Shown piece by piece: positions 52,007 to 61,362 of a DNA stretch of 64,000 bases. The position numbers were made by a program, and so were the translations under genes. How positions within the stretch are numbered: the first letter of the stretch is position 1; the number at the start of each line of letters is the position of its first letter. A model generated the notes under the pieces. That model saw nothing but the letters and a program-made list of their open reading frames with translations, was not told the DNA's origin and did no database searches. This DNA is from Collinsella sp. (GTDB taxonomy: Bacteria; Actinomycetota; Coriobacteriia; Coriobacteriales; Coriobacteriaceae): contig DBEYUK010000016.1 in NCBI GenBank assembly GCA_048181625.1, positions 719-64,718 on the forward strand. Direction: 5' to 3'.

Positions 52007-53319
52007 CCCGCATCACCCCGTCCCCGCTTAAGGGCACCGTTCCCGCCATCGCGTCCAAGTCGATGGCGCATCGCCTCATCATCTGCGCTGCGCTTGCCAA
52101 CGGCGAGACGCACGTTACCTGCAACACCACCTGCGCCGACATCGAGGCTACGGTGCGTTGCCTTACGGCACTGGGCGCTCGCATCGAGACCGTCGAGGAT
52201 GGCTTCCAGGTCCATCCCACTATGAAGAGTGTTGAGTTTGGCCTGCTCAAGGCCCTTGCCGGCGGCACGCTCGACTGCGGCGAAAGCGGCTCCACGCTCC
52301 GCTTTATGTTGCCCGTCGCCTGCGCGCTGGGTGCGGATGCCACCTTCGTGGGCCAGGGCCGCCTTGGCGCCCGCCCGCTGTCCCCGCTCTCGGACGAGAT
52401 TATCGCCGCCGGCTGCGACCTACAGGGTCTGGGCGGTTTTCCGCTCAAGACGAGTGGACGCATGCGCCCGGGCACCTTTGTGCTGCCGGGCAACGTAAGC
52501 TCGCAGTATATCTCCGGCCTGCTGCTGGCAGCCCCGCTGCTCGCCCAGCCCTCCTGCGTGCAGGTGACCGGCCTCATTGAGAGCCGCCCCTACATCAACC
52601 TGACGATCCAGGCCATGAAGGCCTTCGGCGTCGAGGTCAACGTCGAGCGTATTCCCGCCCGGGACGGCCAGCCCGAGGTCACGAACTTCCGCGTGAGCAG
52701 TGGCTCGTATCGCACGCCCGGCAGCGTGGCCGTCGAGGGTGACTGGTCCAACGCTGCCTTTTGGCTGTGCGCCGGCGCCATCGGCTCCGACCCCATCACC
52801 GTCGAGGGTGTGTCGCTTAGCTCGGCCCAGGGCGACCGCAACGTACTTGCCGCGCTTTCGCGCTTTGGCGCCCGCATCGTGCGCTCCACCAACGCCGCCA
52901 CCGTGCAGTCTGACAAACTCGCCGGCTTTGAGATGAGCGCCCACGACATTCCCGACCTCGTGCCCGTTATCTCGGCCGTGGCCTCACTGGCACAGGGCCG
53001 CACCTTTATCCGCGATTGCGCCCGTCTGCGCATCAAGGAATCCGACCGTCTGGCCACCACCACCCGCGAGCTCACCGCGTTGGGCGTGCAGGTGCGCATT
53101 GCCGGTGACGACCTCATCATCAAGGGTGTCGATGCCTTTACCGGCGGCGAGGTCGATTCGCACAACGACCACCGCATCGCCATGATGGCCGCCATCGCCG
53201 CGAGCCGTGCCACCGGCGAGGTCGTGATCCACGGCGCCGAGGCCGTCAACAAGTCCTATCCCGATTTCTTCGACCACTACCGTCTGCTGGGCGGCAAGGT
53301 CACACTCGAGGAGGAATAG
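52000..53319 (+). CDS. aroA: 3-phosphoshikimate 1-carboxyvinyltransferase
   Basis: Motifs SKSMAHR, DCGESGSTLRF, SSQYISGLL, LRIKESDRL, DHRIAM, KSYPDFF. Start at ATG 52000, overlapping the end of aroB. Confidence 0.96.
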   Translation: MLARITPSPLKGTVPAIASKSMAHRLIICAALANGETHVTCNTTCADIEATVRCLTALGARIETVEDGFQVHPTMKSVEFGLLKALAGGTLDCGESGSTLRFMLPVACALGADATFVGQGRLGARPLSPLSDEIIAAGCDLQGLGGFPLKTSGRMRPGTFVLPGNVSSQYISGLLLAAPLLAQPSCVQVTGLIESRPYINLTIQAMKAFGVEVNVERIPARDGQPEVTNFRVSSGSYRTPGSVAVEGDWSNAAFWLCAGAIGSDPITVEGVSLSSAQGDRNVLAALSRFGARIVRSTNAATVQSDKLAGFEMSAHDIPDLVPVISAVASLAQGRTFIRDCARLRIKESDRLATTTRELTALGVQVRIAGDDLIIKGVDAFTGGEVDSHNDHRIAMMAAIAASRATGEVVIHGAEAVNKSYPDFFDHYRLLGGKVTLEEE

Positions 53320-53320
53320 C

Positions 53321-54418
53321 ATGTCCTCGACCTTTGGCAACGTCTTGCATCTGAGCATTTTCGGCCAGTCGCACTCCCCCGCCATCGGCTGCTCACTCGA
53401 TGGCATCCCGGCGGGCATCGCTGTTGACCAGGAGCAGCTGCAGGCCTTCCTCGACCGTCGCGCCCCCGGTCGCGACGAGACCGCGACCAAACGCCGCGAG
53501 GCCGACGCCGCCCACATCATCGCCGGTGTTGTCGATGGACATACCACCGGCGCGCCCATCGCCGCGATTATCGAGAACACCAACACGCGCTCCAAGGATT
53601 ACTCCGAGCTGCGCCGCAAGCCCCGTCCCGGACATGCGGACTTCCCTGCGCGCGTAAAGTATCACAACATGCACGATGTCGCTGGTGGTGGGCATTTTTC
53701 CGGCCGCCTAACGGCACCCTTATGCATCGCCGGCGGCATTGCGCTGCAGGCACTCGAGGCCCGCGGTATTCGGGTGATGGCTCACGTGGCGCAGATCGGC
53801 GGCATCTCCGACCTGCCGATGGACGATATGGTCTATCGCGAGGCCGACCGCAAGGCGATCCTTACGAACGATCTGCCGTGCATTGACGCCGCCGCAGCCG
53901 GCCGCATGCGCGAGGAGATCCTAGCCGCGCGCGACGAACTCGACAGCATCGGCGGCATCGTGGAGTGCGGCATTTACGGGCTTCCCGCGGGCATCGGCGA
54001 CCCCATGTTTGACGGCATCGAGAACCGCATCGCTCAAATCGCGTTCGGGATTCCCGCCGTAAAGGGCGTGGAGTTTGGCATGGGCTTTGCCGTGGCCGCC
54101 ATGCGCGGCAGCGAGAACAACGATCCGTATCGCATCGATGCCGAGACCGGAAAGATCGAGGTCGAATCCAACAACGCCGGCGGCGCCCTGGGCGGTATTT
54201 CGACTGGCGCGCCCGTCATGTGGCGTATGGCCGTAAAGCCGACGCCCTCCATTGGCCGCGAGCAGCAGACCGTAGACATGGACGCTATGGAAAATGCCGA
54301 GCTCTCGGTCCACGGCCGCCACGATCCCTGCATCGTCCCCCGAGCCGTCCCCGTAGCCGAAGCAGCCGCCGCCCTCGCGATTTGGGACGCCCTCCTCGAG
54401 GACGCAGGCCAGCTTTAG
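53321..54418 (+). CDS. aroC: Chorismate synthase
   Basis: Motifs FGQSHS, PRPGHAD, GGGHFSGRLT, IPAVKGVEFG, NNAGGALGGIS, KPTPSI, GRHDPC. Confidence 0.97.
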   Translation: MSSTFGNVLHLSIFGQSHSPAIGCSLDGIPAGIAVDQEQLQAFLDRRAPGRDETATKRREADAAHIIAGVVDGHTTGAPIAAIIENTNTRSKDYSELRRKPRPGHADFPARVKYHNMHDVAGGGHFSGRLTAPLCIAGGIALQALEARGIRVMAHVAQIGGISDLPMDDMVYREADRKAILTNDLPCIDAAAAGRMREEILAARDELDSIGGIVECGIYGLPAGIGDPMFDGIENRIAQIAFGIPAVKGVEFGMGFAVAAMRGSENNDPYRIDAETGKIEVESNNAGGALGGISTGAPVMWRMAVKPTPSIGREQQTVDMDAMENAELSVHGRHDPCIVPRAVPVAEAAAALAIWDALLEDAGQL

Positions 54419-54432
54419 TCCACCCACCCCAA

Positions 54433-54559
54433 GGGTAGTTAATTTGGGACGGGGCTATTTTAGCTACCCCCATATGCCAGTTGATATTTGCCTTGGCACC
54501 CATCGATTCGACGACAGTCAAAGGGTAGCTAAAAAAGCCCCGTCCCAAATTAACTACCC
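54433..54559. repeat. Second REP doublet (REPIN-like): 37-bp inverted repeat (1 mismatch) with a 53-bp spacer
   Basis: 54433-54469 GGGTAGTTAATTTGGGACGGGGCTATTTTAGCTACCC and 54523-54559 GGGTAGCTAAAAAAGCCCCGTCCCAAATTAACTACCC. Same family as the RAYT-flanking repeats. Confidence 0.92.
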
Positions 54560-54587
54560 CAGGCAACCATTCACGAAAGGGGTCTAG

Positions 54588-55733
54588 ATGGACCTTGCCG
54601 ATATTCGCCAGACCATCGATGCCATCGACACCACGCTCCTCAACAGCTTTGTCGAGCGCATGGACATTGCCACCGAGGTCGCCAAGTCAAAAATCGAGAT
54701 GGGCAAGGCCGTCTTCGACCCCGCCCGCGAGCGCTCCAAACTCAACAACCTCGCCAGTCGCGCACCCGAGCGCTACGAGGCCCAGACCATCACCCTGTTC
54801 CGCCTCCTCATGAGCATGAGCAAGGCCGAGCAGCAGCGCTACATCAACGAGCTCAAGGGCATCACGGTGTCGCAAAAGGCCCATGCCACGGCCGCAGCCT
54901 TTGACACACCCTTCCCCCAGACGGCCACCGTCGCCTGCCAGGGCGTCGAAGGCGCCTACAGCCAGATCGCCGCATGCAAGCTCTTCGACGTGCCGGATAT
55001 CGCCTTCTTTGAGACCTTTGAGGGCGTCATGCGCGCCGTACGCGACGGCTTCTGCGAGTTTGGCGTGCTGCCCATCGAAAACTCAACCGCCGGCTCGGTC
55101 AACGCCGTCTACGACCTGCTCGCCCAGTTCGACTTCCATATCGTGCGCTCGCTGCGCCTCAAGATCGACCACAACTTGCTCGTCAAGCCCGGCACCAAGC
55201 TCGCGGACATACGCGAGGTCTACAGCCACGGTCAGGCCATCGCGCAGTGCGCTAGCTTTATCGAGGCGCACGGTCTGCACGCCACCAAGTACCCCAACAC
55301 CGCCATGTCGGCCGAGATGGTCGCCAGCTCCGAGCGCACCGATGTTGCCGCCATCGCATCGCGTAGCTGCGCGGCACTCTATGGCCTGGAGGTGCTGGAA
55401 CCCAATATCCAGGACTCTGACAACAACTACACGCGCTTTGTCGTCATCAGCCGCGAGCCGCGCGTCTATCCCGGTGCCAACCGCACCTCGCTCATGATCA
55501 CCACGGCCAATGAGCCGGGTGCCCTCTATCGCGTGCTCGAGCGCTTCTACGCGCTCAGCATCAACCTCATCAAGCTCGAGAGCCGCCCCATCCCCGGCCG
55601 CGACTTTGAGTTTATGTTCTACTTTGATCTGGACTGCCCCTTTGGCAGCAAGGCCCTCGACGACCTGCTCGATTCCATCGACGACGTGTGCGAGAGCTTC
55701 ACCTACTTTGGCAGCTACACGGAGGTGCTCTAG
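54588..55733 (+). CDS. pheA: Bifunctional chorismate mutase/prephenate dehydratase
   Basis: N-terminal AroQ-type CM (LADIRQTIDAID...KIE...FDPARE), PDT (QGVEGAYS, LPIENSTAG, NYTRF) and ACT (ESRP). Confidence 0.95.
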   Translation: MDLADIRQTIDAIDTTLLNSFVERMDIATEVAKSKIEMGKAVFDPARERSKLNNLASRAPERYEAQTITLFRLLMSMSKAEQQRYINELKGITVSQKAHATAAAFDTPFPQTATVACQGVEGAYSQIAACKLFDVPDIAFFETFEGVMRAVRDGFCEFGVLPIENSTAGSVNAVYDLLAQFDFHIVRSLRLKIDHNLLVKPGTKLADIREVYSHGQAIAQCASFIEAHGLHATKYPNTAMSAEMVASSERTDVAAIASRSCAALYGLEVLEPNIQDSDNNYTRFVVISREPRVYPGANRTSLMITTANEPGALYRVLERFYALSINLIKLESRPIPGRDFEFMFYFDLDCPFGSKALDDLLDSIDDVCESFTYFGSYTEVL

Positions 55734-56984
55734 ATGACCGATACCGCCGCAACCCGTCCCTACGGCGTACTGGGCCGTGTGCTGGGCCACAGCTACACCC
55801 CGACCATCTACAAGGAGCTCGCGGGGCTTGAGTACGTGCGCTTTGAGCGCGAGCCCGAGGACCTCCAGGCCTTTATGACCGGCGACGAATGGGAGGGCAC
55901 CAACGTGACCATCCCCTACAAGCGCGCCGTCATGGACTACCTGGACGAGTTGAGTCCCCTGGCCGAGCGCATGGGCAACGTCAACACCATCACACGCCTA
56001 CCTGACGGTCGCCTGCGCGGCGACAACACCGACTACTTTGGTTTTCGGTGCCTGGTCGAGGAGTTGGGCGTTGAGGTTGCCGGCAAGAAGGCCCTCGTGC
56101 TCGGTGCCACCGGCGGCGCCGGCACCACGGCAAGTATGGTGCTGGGAGACATGGGCGCCATCGTCGTACCCGTGGGTCGCACGAGCGAAGTCAACTACAG
56201 CAACATCGCGCAGCAGTCCGACGCCGCCCTGCTCGTCAACTGCACGCCTGCCGGCATGTTCCCCCACTGCCCCGACGCGCCTTGCACACTCGAAGGGCTC
56301 GATGCGCTCGAGGGCGTTATCGACATTGTCTACAACCCCGCTCGCACGGGACTCATGCTCGAGGCCGAGCGCCGCGGCATCCCCTGCATCGGTGGCCTGC
56401 TCATGCTTGTTGCCCAGGCGGCACAAGCTGTCGAGCGCTACACCGGCCAAGTCACCCCGCGCGAGCGCATCCTGGACGTAACGGAGCGCCTGTCACGCCG
56501 CGAACAGAACATCGCGCTGATCGGCATGCCGGGCTCGGGCAAGACCCGCGTGGGCGAGCAGATCGCCCTGCTCACGGGTCGCGAGCACATCGACCTGGAT
56601 CGCGCCCTCGAGGAGCGTCTGGGCATGCCCTGTGCCGACTTTATCGTCAAGCGCGGCGAGGCCGCCTTCCGCGAGCAGGAGACGGCGGCGCTGGCCGACA
56701 TCTCCAAGCGCAGCGGCCTGGCGCTCTCCACCGGCGGCGGCGTGGTAACGCGCGACGAGAACTACCCGCTGCTGCACCAGAACAGCCAGATCGTGATGCT
56801 CAACCGCAAGCTCGACGAACTCGCTCATAAGGGACGCCCCATCACCGCCCGCGACGGCGTCGACAAGCTCGCCGAGCAGCGCATGCCGCGCTACCGCGCT
56901 TGGGCCGACTACATCATCGACTCACGCGACTGCGCCGCCAACACCGCCCAAGCCCTCCTCGACACCATCCCACCCGCTCTCTAA
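55734..56984 (+). CDS. Fused shikimate dehydrogenase / shikimate kinase
   Basis: AroE part: HSYTP, NVTIPYK, VNT, DNTDYFGF, DIVYNP, GLLMLVAQA. AroK part: LIGMPGSGKT, GEAAFREQE, STGGG. Confidence 0.92.
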   Translation: MTDTAATRPYGVLGRVLGHSYTPTIYKELAGLEYVRFEREPEDLQAFMTGDEWEGTNVTIPYKRAVMDYLDELSPLAERMGNVNTITRLPDGRLRGDNTDYFGFRCLVEELGVEVAGKKALVLGATGGAGTTASMVLGDMGAIVVPVGRTSEVNYSNIAQQSDAALLVNCTPAGMFPHCPDAPCTLEGLDALEGVIDIVYNPARTGLMLEAERRGIPCIGGLLMLVAQAAQAVERYTGQVTPRERILDVTERLSRREQNIALIGMPGSGKTRVGEQIALLTGREHIDLDRALEERLGMPCADFIVKRGEAAFREQETAALADISKRSGLALSTGGGVVTRDENYPLLHQNSQIVMLNRKLDELAHKGRPITARDGVDKLAEQRMPRYRAWADYIIDSRDCAANTAQALLDTIPPAL

Positions 56985-56986
56985 CC

Positions 56987-57027
56987 AAAACCACCACAAA
57001 GGGGACAGGCACCTTTGTGGTGGTTTT
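56987..57027. repeat. Perfect 16-bp palindrome with GGACAGGCA loop (terminator-like or REP-like)
   Basis: AAAACCACCACAAAGG-GGACAGGCA-CCTTTGTGGTGGTTTT. A related sequence occurs at 15209-15232. Confidence 0.7.
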
Positions 57028-57048
57028 CCAATCGCAAAGGAAGCAACC

Positions 57049-57486
57049 ATGAAAGCACTCGTCATCAACGGCCCCAACCTCAACATGCTCGGTATTCGCG
57101 AGCCGGGCATCTATGGCAGCGACAACTACGACCGCTTAGTGCAGATCTGCCAGGAAGCGGGCACCGCTCAGGGCTTTGACGAGATCGAGGTCTTCCAGTC
57201 CAACCACGAGGGCAGCATCGTCGACAAGATCCAGGAGGCCTACGGCAAGGTCGACGGCATCGTCATCAACCCGGCGGCCTACACGCACACGAGCGTGGCC
57301 ATCCTGGACGCGCTCAAGGCCGTCGCCATCCCCGCAGTGGAAGTCCACATCAGCGCCGTCGAGACCCGCGAGGACTTCCGCCAGGTAAGCTATGCGCGCC
57401 TTGCCTGCTTCGCCACCATCACCGGCGAGGGCCTCCAAGGCTACGCCCACGCGTTGGAGCTGCTGAAAGAGCATCTCGAAAAGTAA
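57049..57486 (+). CDS. aroQ: Type II 3-dehydroquinate dehydratase
   Basis: Motifs INGPNLNMLGIREP.IYG, QSNHEG, INPAAYTHTS, EVHIS..REDFR. Confidence 0.97.
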   Translation: MKALVINGPNLNMLGIREPGIYGSDNYDRLVQICQEAGTAQGFDEIEVFQSNHEGSIVDKIQEAYGKVDGIVINPAAYTHTSVAILDALKAVAIPAVEVHISAVETREDFRQVSYARLACFATITGEGLQGYAHALELLKEHLEK

Positions 57487-57548
57487 AATGCCAACCCCAA
57501 CAAACAGCAGCGGCTTGCTCGCGCTCGGCTCCAGCAACACACAAGATG

Positions 57549-57581
57549 AAAAAAGCCCAGACCACCAAGCGGTCCGGGCTT
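57549..57581. terminator. Terminator between convergent aroQ and tRNA-Arg(TCT)
   Basis: Hairpin AAAAAAGCCCAGACC...GGTCCGGGCTT with a U tract on the minus strand. Confidence 0.7.
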
Positions 57582-57590
57582 AATAAACGA

Positions 57591-57667
57591 TGGTGCTCCA
57601 TGGCGGATTCGAACCGTCGACCTTGGGATTAGAAGTCCCCTGCTCTATCCAACTGAGCTAATGGAGC
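57591..57667 (-). tRNA. tRNA-Arg(TCT)
   Basis: GCTCCATTAGCTCAGTTGGATAGAGCAG-GGGA-CTTCTAA-TCCC-AAGGTCGACGGTTCGAATCCGCCATGGAGCACCA: anticodon TCT, encoded CCA. Confidence 0.96.
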
Positions 57668-57719
57668 AAATAACCGCACGCCCAGCCAAACAATTCGGCC
57701 AAGCGCAAGTAATTATAAC

Positions 57720-58490
57720 CTAGTTGAACTGCTCGCGATACGCCTTGCAGACCTCAATGACCGGGCCGTCCATGCGAAGGTCACCCTTCTCAATCCAAAC
57801 GGCACGCTGGCAGATGCGCTCAACCTGCTCCATGGAGTGCGAAACGAACAGAACCGTCACGTCGCCGCTCTGGATAAAGTGCTGGATGCGGGCCTCGCAC
57901 TTCTGCTGGAAGAACACATCACCGACGGACAGCGTCTCGTCAACGATCAGAATATCGGGCTCGGTAATCGTCGCGATTGCAAAGGCGATACGCGCCACCA
58001 TGCCCGAGGAGAAGTTCTTAAGCGGCATATCGACAAAGTTCTGAAGCTCAGCGAACTCAATAATGCCGTCAAAGTTGGCGTCGATGAACTCCTTGGTATA
58101 GCCGAGCAGGGCGCCGTTCAGATAGATGTTCTCGCGGGCTGTCAGCTCGGGGTCAAAGCCGGCACCAAGCTCAATCAGCGGCGCAATGTTACCGTGCACC
58201 TTAACGCTGCCCTCGCTGGGCTCGAGCACACCGGCGATAATCTTGAGCATCGTGGATTTGCCAGAGCCGTTGGTACCGACCAGGCCCACGACCTCGCCGC
58301 GATGAATATCGAACGAGATGTGCTTAAGTGCCCTAAACTCCTCAAAGAACAGCTCGTGCTTGGCAAGCTTGATGAAGTACTCCTTGAGGTTGGTCAGCGA
58401 CTCGGACGCCATGTTAAAGATCATGGTGACGTCGTCGACCTCGACAGCCAGAGGCTGCTCGCTGTAATCAACAACAGATTCAGTCATCAC
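57720..58490 (-). CDS. wzt: Polysaccharide ABC exporter ATP-binding subunit (Wzt/RgpD/TagH-like, no C-terminal carbohydrate-binding domain)
   Basis: Motifs GTNGSGKST, IELGAGFDPELTARENI, FSSGMVAR, ILIVDETLSVGD, LFVSH. Confidence 0.9.
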   Translation of the reverse strand: MMTESVVDYSEQPLAVEVDDVTMIFNMASESLTNLKEYFIKLAKHELFFEEFRALKHISFDIHRGEVVGLVGTNGSGKSTMLKIIAGVLEPSEGSVKVHGNIAPLIELGAGFDPELTARENIYLNGALLGYTKEFIDANFDGIIEFAELQNFVDMPLKNFSSGMVARIAFAIATITEPDILIVDETLSVGDVFFQQKCEARIQHFIQSGDVTVLFVSHSMEQVERICQRAVWIEKGDLRMDGPVIEVCKAYREQFN

Positions 58491-58498
58491 AGCACTCC

Positions 58499-59377
58499 TT
58501 AGATGTAGAGGATAAATTTGCGCTCGGACTTATGGAACACGGTGTAGCCAATAACAAGCGCAAGGACAGCCCAAGCGACGCACATACCAAACGTCATAAG
58601 CGAGGGCGTAGTCTGGAACAGGAAGATATCACGCATAAACTGCAGGTAGTTATACATGGGGTTCGCGTAAACCAAAATACGAACAAGATGAGGCATCTGA
58701 ACGATAAAGTCAGTCGTCCAGAAGATGGGCGTAATGTAGGTCCATGCCGTGATGACAACACTCCACAGATGCATAACGTCGCGGAAGAAGACCGTAAGGG
58801 CCGAGAGCATCATGCCCAGACCCATGCAAAATCCCATAAGCAAAAGCAGGCAAACAGGCAGCAGAATGAGGTGCCAAGAAGGCATAACGCGGAACCACAG
58901 CATGACGATGGCGACGGCGACCAGGGAGAAGGCAAAGTTCACCAGCGAGAAAAGCACTTTTTGCACCGGAAAAACCCAACGATGCACTTTAACCTTCTTG
59001 AGCAGCGGAGCCGCGCCCACGATGGACGTCAGTGCCTGGTTCGTGGACTCGGACATCACGGCAAAGGTAACGTTACCGACAATCAAATACAGCGGATACA
59101 TTTCGGGCGTAATCGAGCCATTTCGGCCCTGGGCGAAAATCGTCGAGAACACGATAGCCATGACAATCATCATCAGCAGCGGGTTGAGCACCGACCATGC
59201 GACGCCCAGAACGCTACGACGATACTTGATCTTAAAATCCTTGGTAACCAGCTGACGAAGGATAAACGCATCCTTCTCAAATTCGTTCTTTGCAAACGTC
59301 GCAGGCTGACTGCGAGTTTCTTGTTGCTTTGTCTGATCCGACACGGATGCAACTCCTTTACTCGTAATCGTTGACAA
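58499..59377 (-). CDS. wzm: Polysaccharide ABC exporter permease (Wzm/RgpC-like)
   Basis: Motifs DFKIKYRRSVLGVAWSVLNPLL, VFFRDV, YITPIFW, NPM. Confidence 0.9.
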   Translation of the reverse strand: MSTITSKGVASVSDQTKQQETRSQPATFAKNEFEKDAFILRQLVTKDFKIKYRRSVLGVAWSVLNPLLMMIVMAIVFSTIFAQGRNGSITPEMYPLYLIVGNVTFAVMSESTNQALTSIVGAAPLLKKVKVHRWVFPVQKVLFSLVNFAFSLVAVAIVMLWFRVMPSWHLILLPVCLLLLMGFCMGLGMMLSALTVFFRDVMHLWSVVITAWTYITPIFWTTDFIVQMPHLVRILVYANPMYNYLQFMRDIFLFQTTPSLMTFGMCVAWAVLALVIGYTVFHKSERKFILYI

Positions 59378-59433
59378 ACGAACAGTATAGACCCGCCCAT
59401 AACCCCATGAGACGGCGTTGCGAAACTGGAGAA

Positions 59434-61362
59434 CTATCTCACAACATCGTTTTCGGAACGTCTTTCACCAGACAGCATGCCGCGAGCGACAACCACAAGC
59501 ACGGCAGGAAGACCAAATTGAGCAGCCACGATATAACGAGGCCAATACCAAATAGGGCTCGCGATAAAGAGCGTTCCGTACAACAGCAAAAAAGGCAAAA
59601 GCGGCAATGCGAAACGCGAACGCCCACGCGATACCAAAAGAACTGTCGAAAACATGAGCAACCAAAATACAACGGCGCCAGAAATAGACCAAGCGCTCAG
59701 TCCAAACGCCACATCGACACCATCGCCGAGGGGTGCAAGCAAGTTACGAAATGTAACTCCCGTAGAAGCCTTTGCGTTGGCCACAAGGTTATACGGAACG
59801 CCCATGAGAAAGTTTTCAGGCAGACCATCAGCACCCTTTACATTTGGGGCCCAAAAACCAAACGTCTGCAGTTCCCACGCCTCAAAGTATATCGAAGGGT
59901 TACGCGACAGCATCGAGGCCCAATGGGTCCAAAAATCATCCTTTAGTCGCTCCGCATTAAAGTCTTCATTCCATTTAAGCGGATCGATACAGCTGGGAAG
60001 ATACACCTCTTTGTAACGATCAAGCGGAAGCAGCTCGTTCATATAAGAACGGTCGGACTCGGACATATCGCCATCGAACGCGGCAACGCGAGCCATCTGA
60101 GCAAGCGGAATACCCACTGACTCAACATCCTCCGATGGAACAACGCCCATAGCCGAGTACACGGGCCCCGTAATAACCAAGCATGTGACAAGCGCAAATC
60201 CAAGAGATACGGCCAAACGAGAGGCAGACTTCATCGGGGCAATGCGGCCGAGTCGGTCCAAAGCCACAACTATCGCAAGCACCACGAATAGCGCGGCGCA
60301 AATATACAAACCGTTATTCCGCAGAAGCATAGCGCCCAACGCAAGGGCGCCAAAAACAAGCAAACGCAACGCGCTCGACCGGGAATCCTTTCCCGTGACG
60401 GCATCGGCAAGCATGGTCACCATCAAGACAAGACAGCAGGAAAACAACGGGTCTTTCCAGAGCGCCACAGAATATAGAGCACAATACCGTGACAAGCCAA
60501 AATAGACTACGAGCAGCCAAGACAGGCGAGAGGAGACCCCCAAGCGGGAAGTCGCCCAAATTGAAAGATAGCCAAACGTGCTGGCAACACAGGCCATCTG
60601 AAGCACCGTTAGCAAGGCAACGCCCACCGAAGGGCTCATCCCCATGAGGCCTGCAATTTTGATACAAGCAGCCATCATCATGGTGAATGCAACCGGATGG
60701 TGGTTGCTCAAAGGGTTCCACCCCATAATCTGAGCGAACGACGAGAAGGTGTCCCCAAAAAACAGGCCGGGACAATACCTCAGGAAGAATGGGAGATACA
60801 AAAGAAATATCACTAGAGCACGGACCGCAACAGATAGGAGTCGAATGGACGAGCCACCATCATTAGCCCGCAGTGAGTCTTTGCAGAAAACGCAGCAGCG
60901 GCAACGACAAGACAGCTGAACAAGCACCGACAAGACCCAAAAGACCAGCGCCGACATCACCCAAAAAGAAACAAAATCAATCGCGGAATACGGCTCAATA
61001 TAGTTATCGTAAATCCCGCCAGCAATCACCGGTTCTGCCACGCGAATATGCGCTCCCAGCACAAGAACAAACGAAAATACAAGGGAAATCACTAGGCAGC
61101 AAGCTCTACCAACAACCGACGGAAATGCAAAATCCCTGCACGCAAACTTATTGAAATTAACCAATGATGCGATTATCGCAACACATGCCAAGACAGATGG
61201 AAACAGGTCGAAGGAACCACTACAATACGTCACCGTAGCGATGCTTGCTGCAAAAAGCAAAACAGCACGTGTCGCATCTAATAACCTGAACTCTCGAATC
61301 AATGTGCCTATCCTAACCACGAAACAAACGATTCGATTGTACGCGACCAAAGGAACCTTCAT
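59434..61362 (-). CDS. Multi-TM membrane protein, DUF6020-like (putative GT-C glycosyltransferase)
   Basis: Many hydrophobic segments plus PGLFFGDT, SNHHPV, WKDPLFS, LLRNNG, IPLAQMAR and PRY, which I recognise as DUF6020-like (not searched). The start is uncertain. AT-richer than the core genes. Confidence 0.7.
   Translation of the reverse strand: MKVPLVAYNRIVCFVVRIGTLIREFRLLDATRAVLLFAASIATVTYCSGSFDLFPSVLACVAIIASLVNFNKFACRDFAFPSVVGRACCLVISLVFSFVLVLGAHIRVAEPVIAGGIYDNYIEPYSAIDFVSFWVMSALVFWVLSVLVQLSCRCRCCVFCKDSLRANDGGSSIRLLSVAVRALVIFLLYLPFFLRYCPGLFFGDTFSSFAQIMGWNPLSNHHPVAFTMMMAACIKIAGLMGMSPSVGVALLTVLQMACVASTFGYLSIWATSRLGVSSRLSWLLVVYFGLSRYCALYSVALWKDPLFSCCLVLMVTMLADAVTGKDSRSSALRLLVFGALALGAMLLRNNGLYICAALFVVLAIVVALDRLGRIAPMKSASRLAVSLGFALVTCLVITGPVYSAMGVVPSEDVESVGIPLAQMARVAAFDGDMSESDRSYMNELLPLDRYKEVYLPSCIDPLKWNEDFNAERLKDDFWTHWASMLSRNPSIYFEAWELQTFGFWAPNVKGADGLPENFLMGVPYNLVANAKASTGVTFRNLLAPLGDGVDVAFGLSAWSISGAVVFWLLMFSTVLLVSRGRSRFALPLLPFLLLYGTLFIASPIWYWPRYIVAAQFGLPAVLVVVARGMLSGERRSENDVVR

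Noticed and set aside
59371..59946. 191-aa plus-strand ORF opposite the GT-C-like gene
   Set aside because: Its K/R/Q-rich composition is typical of the antisense of a hydrophobic membrane-protein gene.
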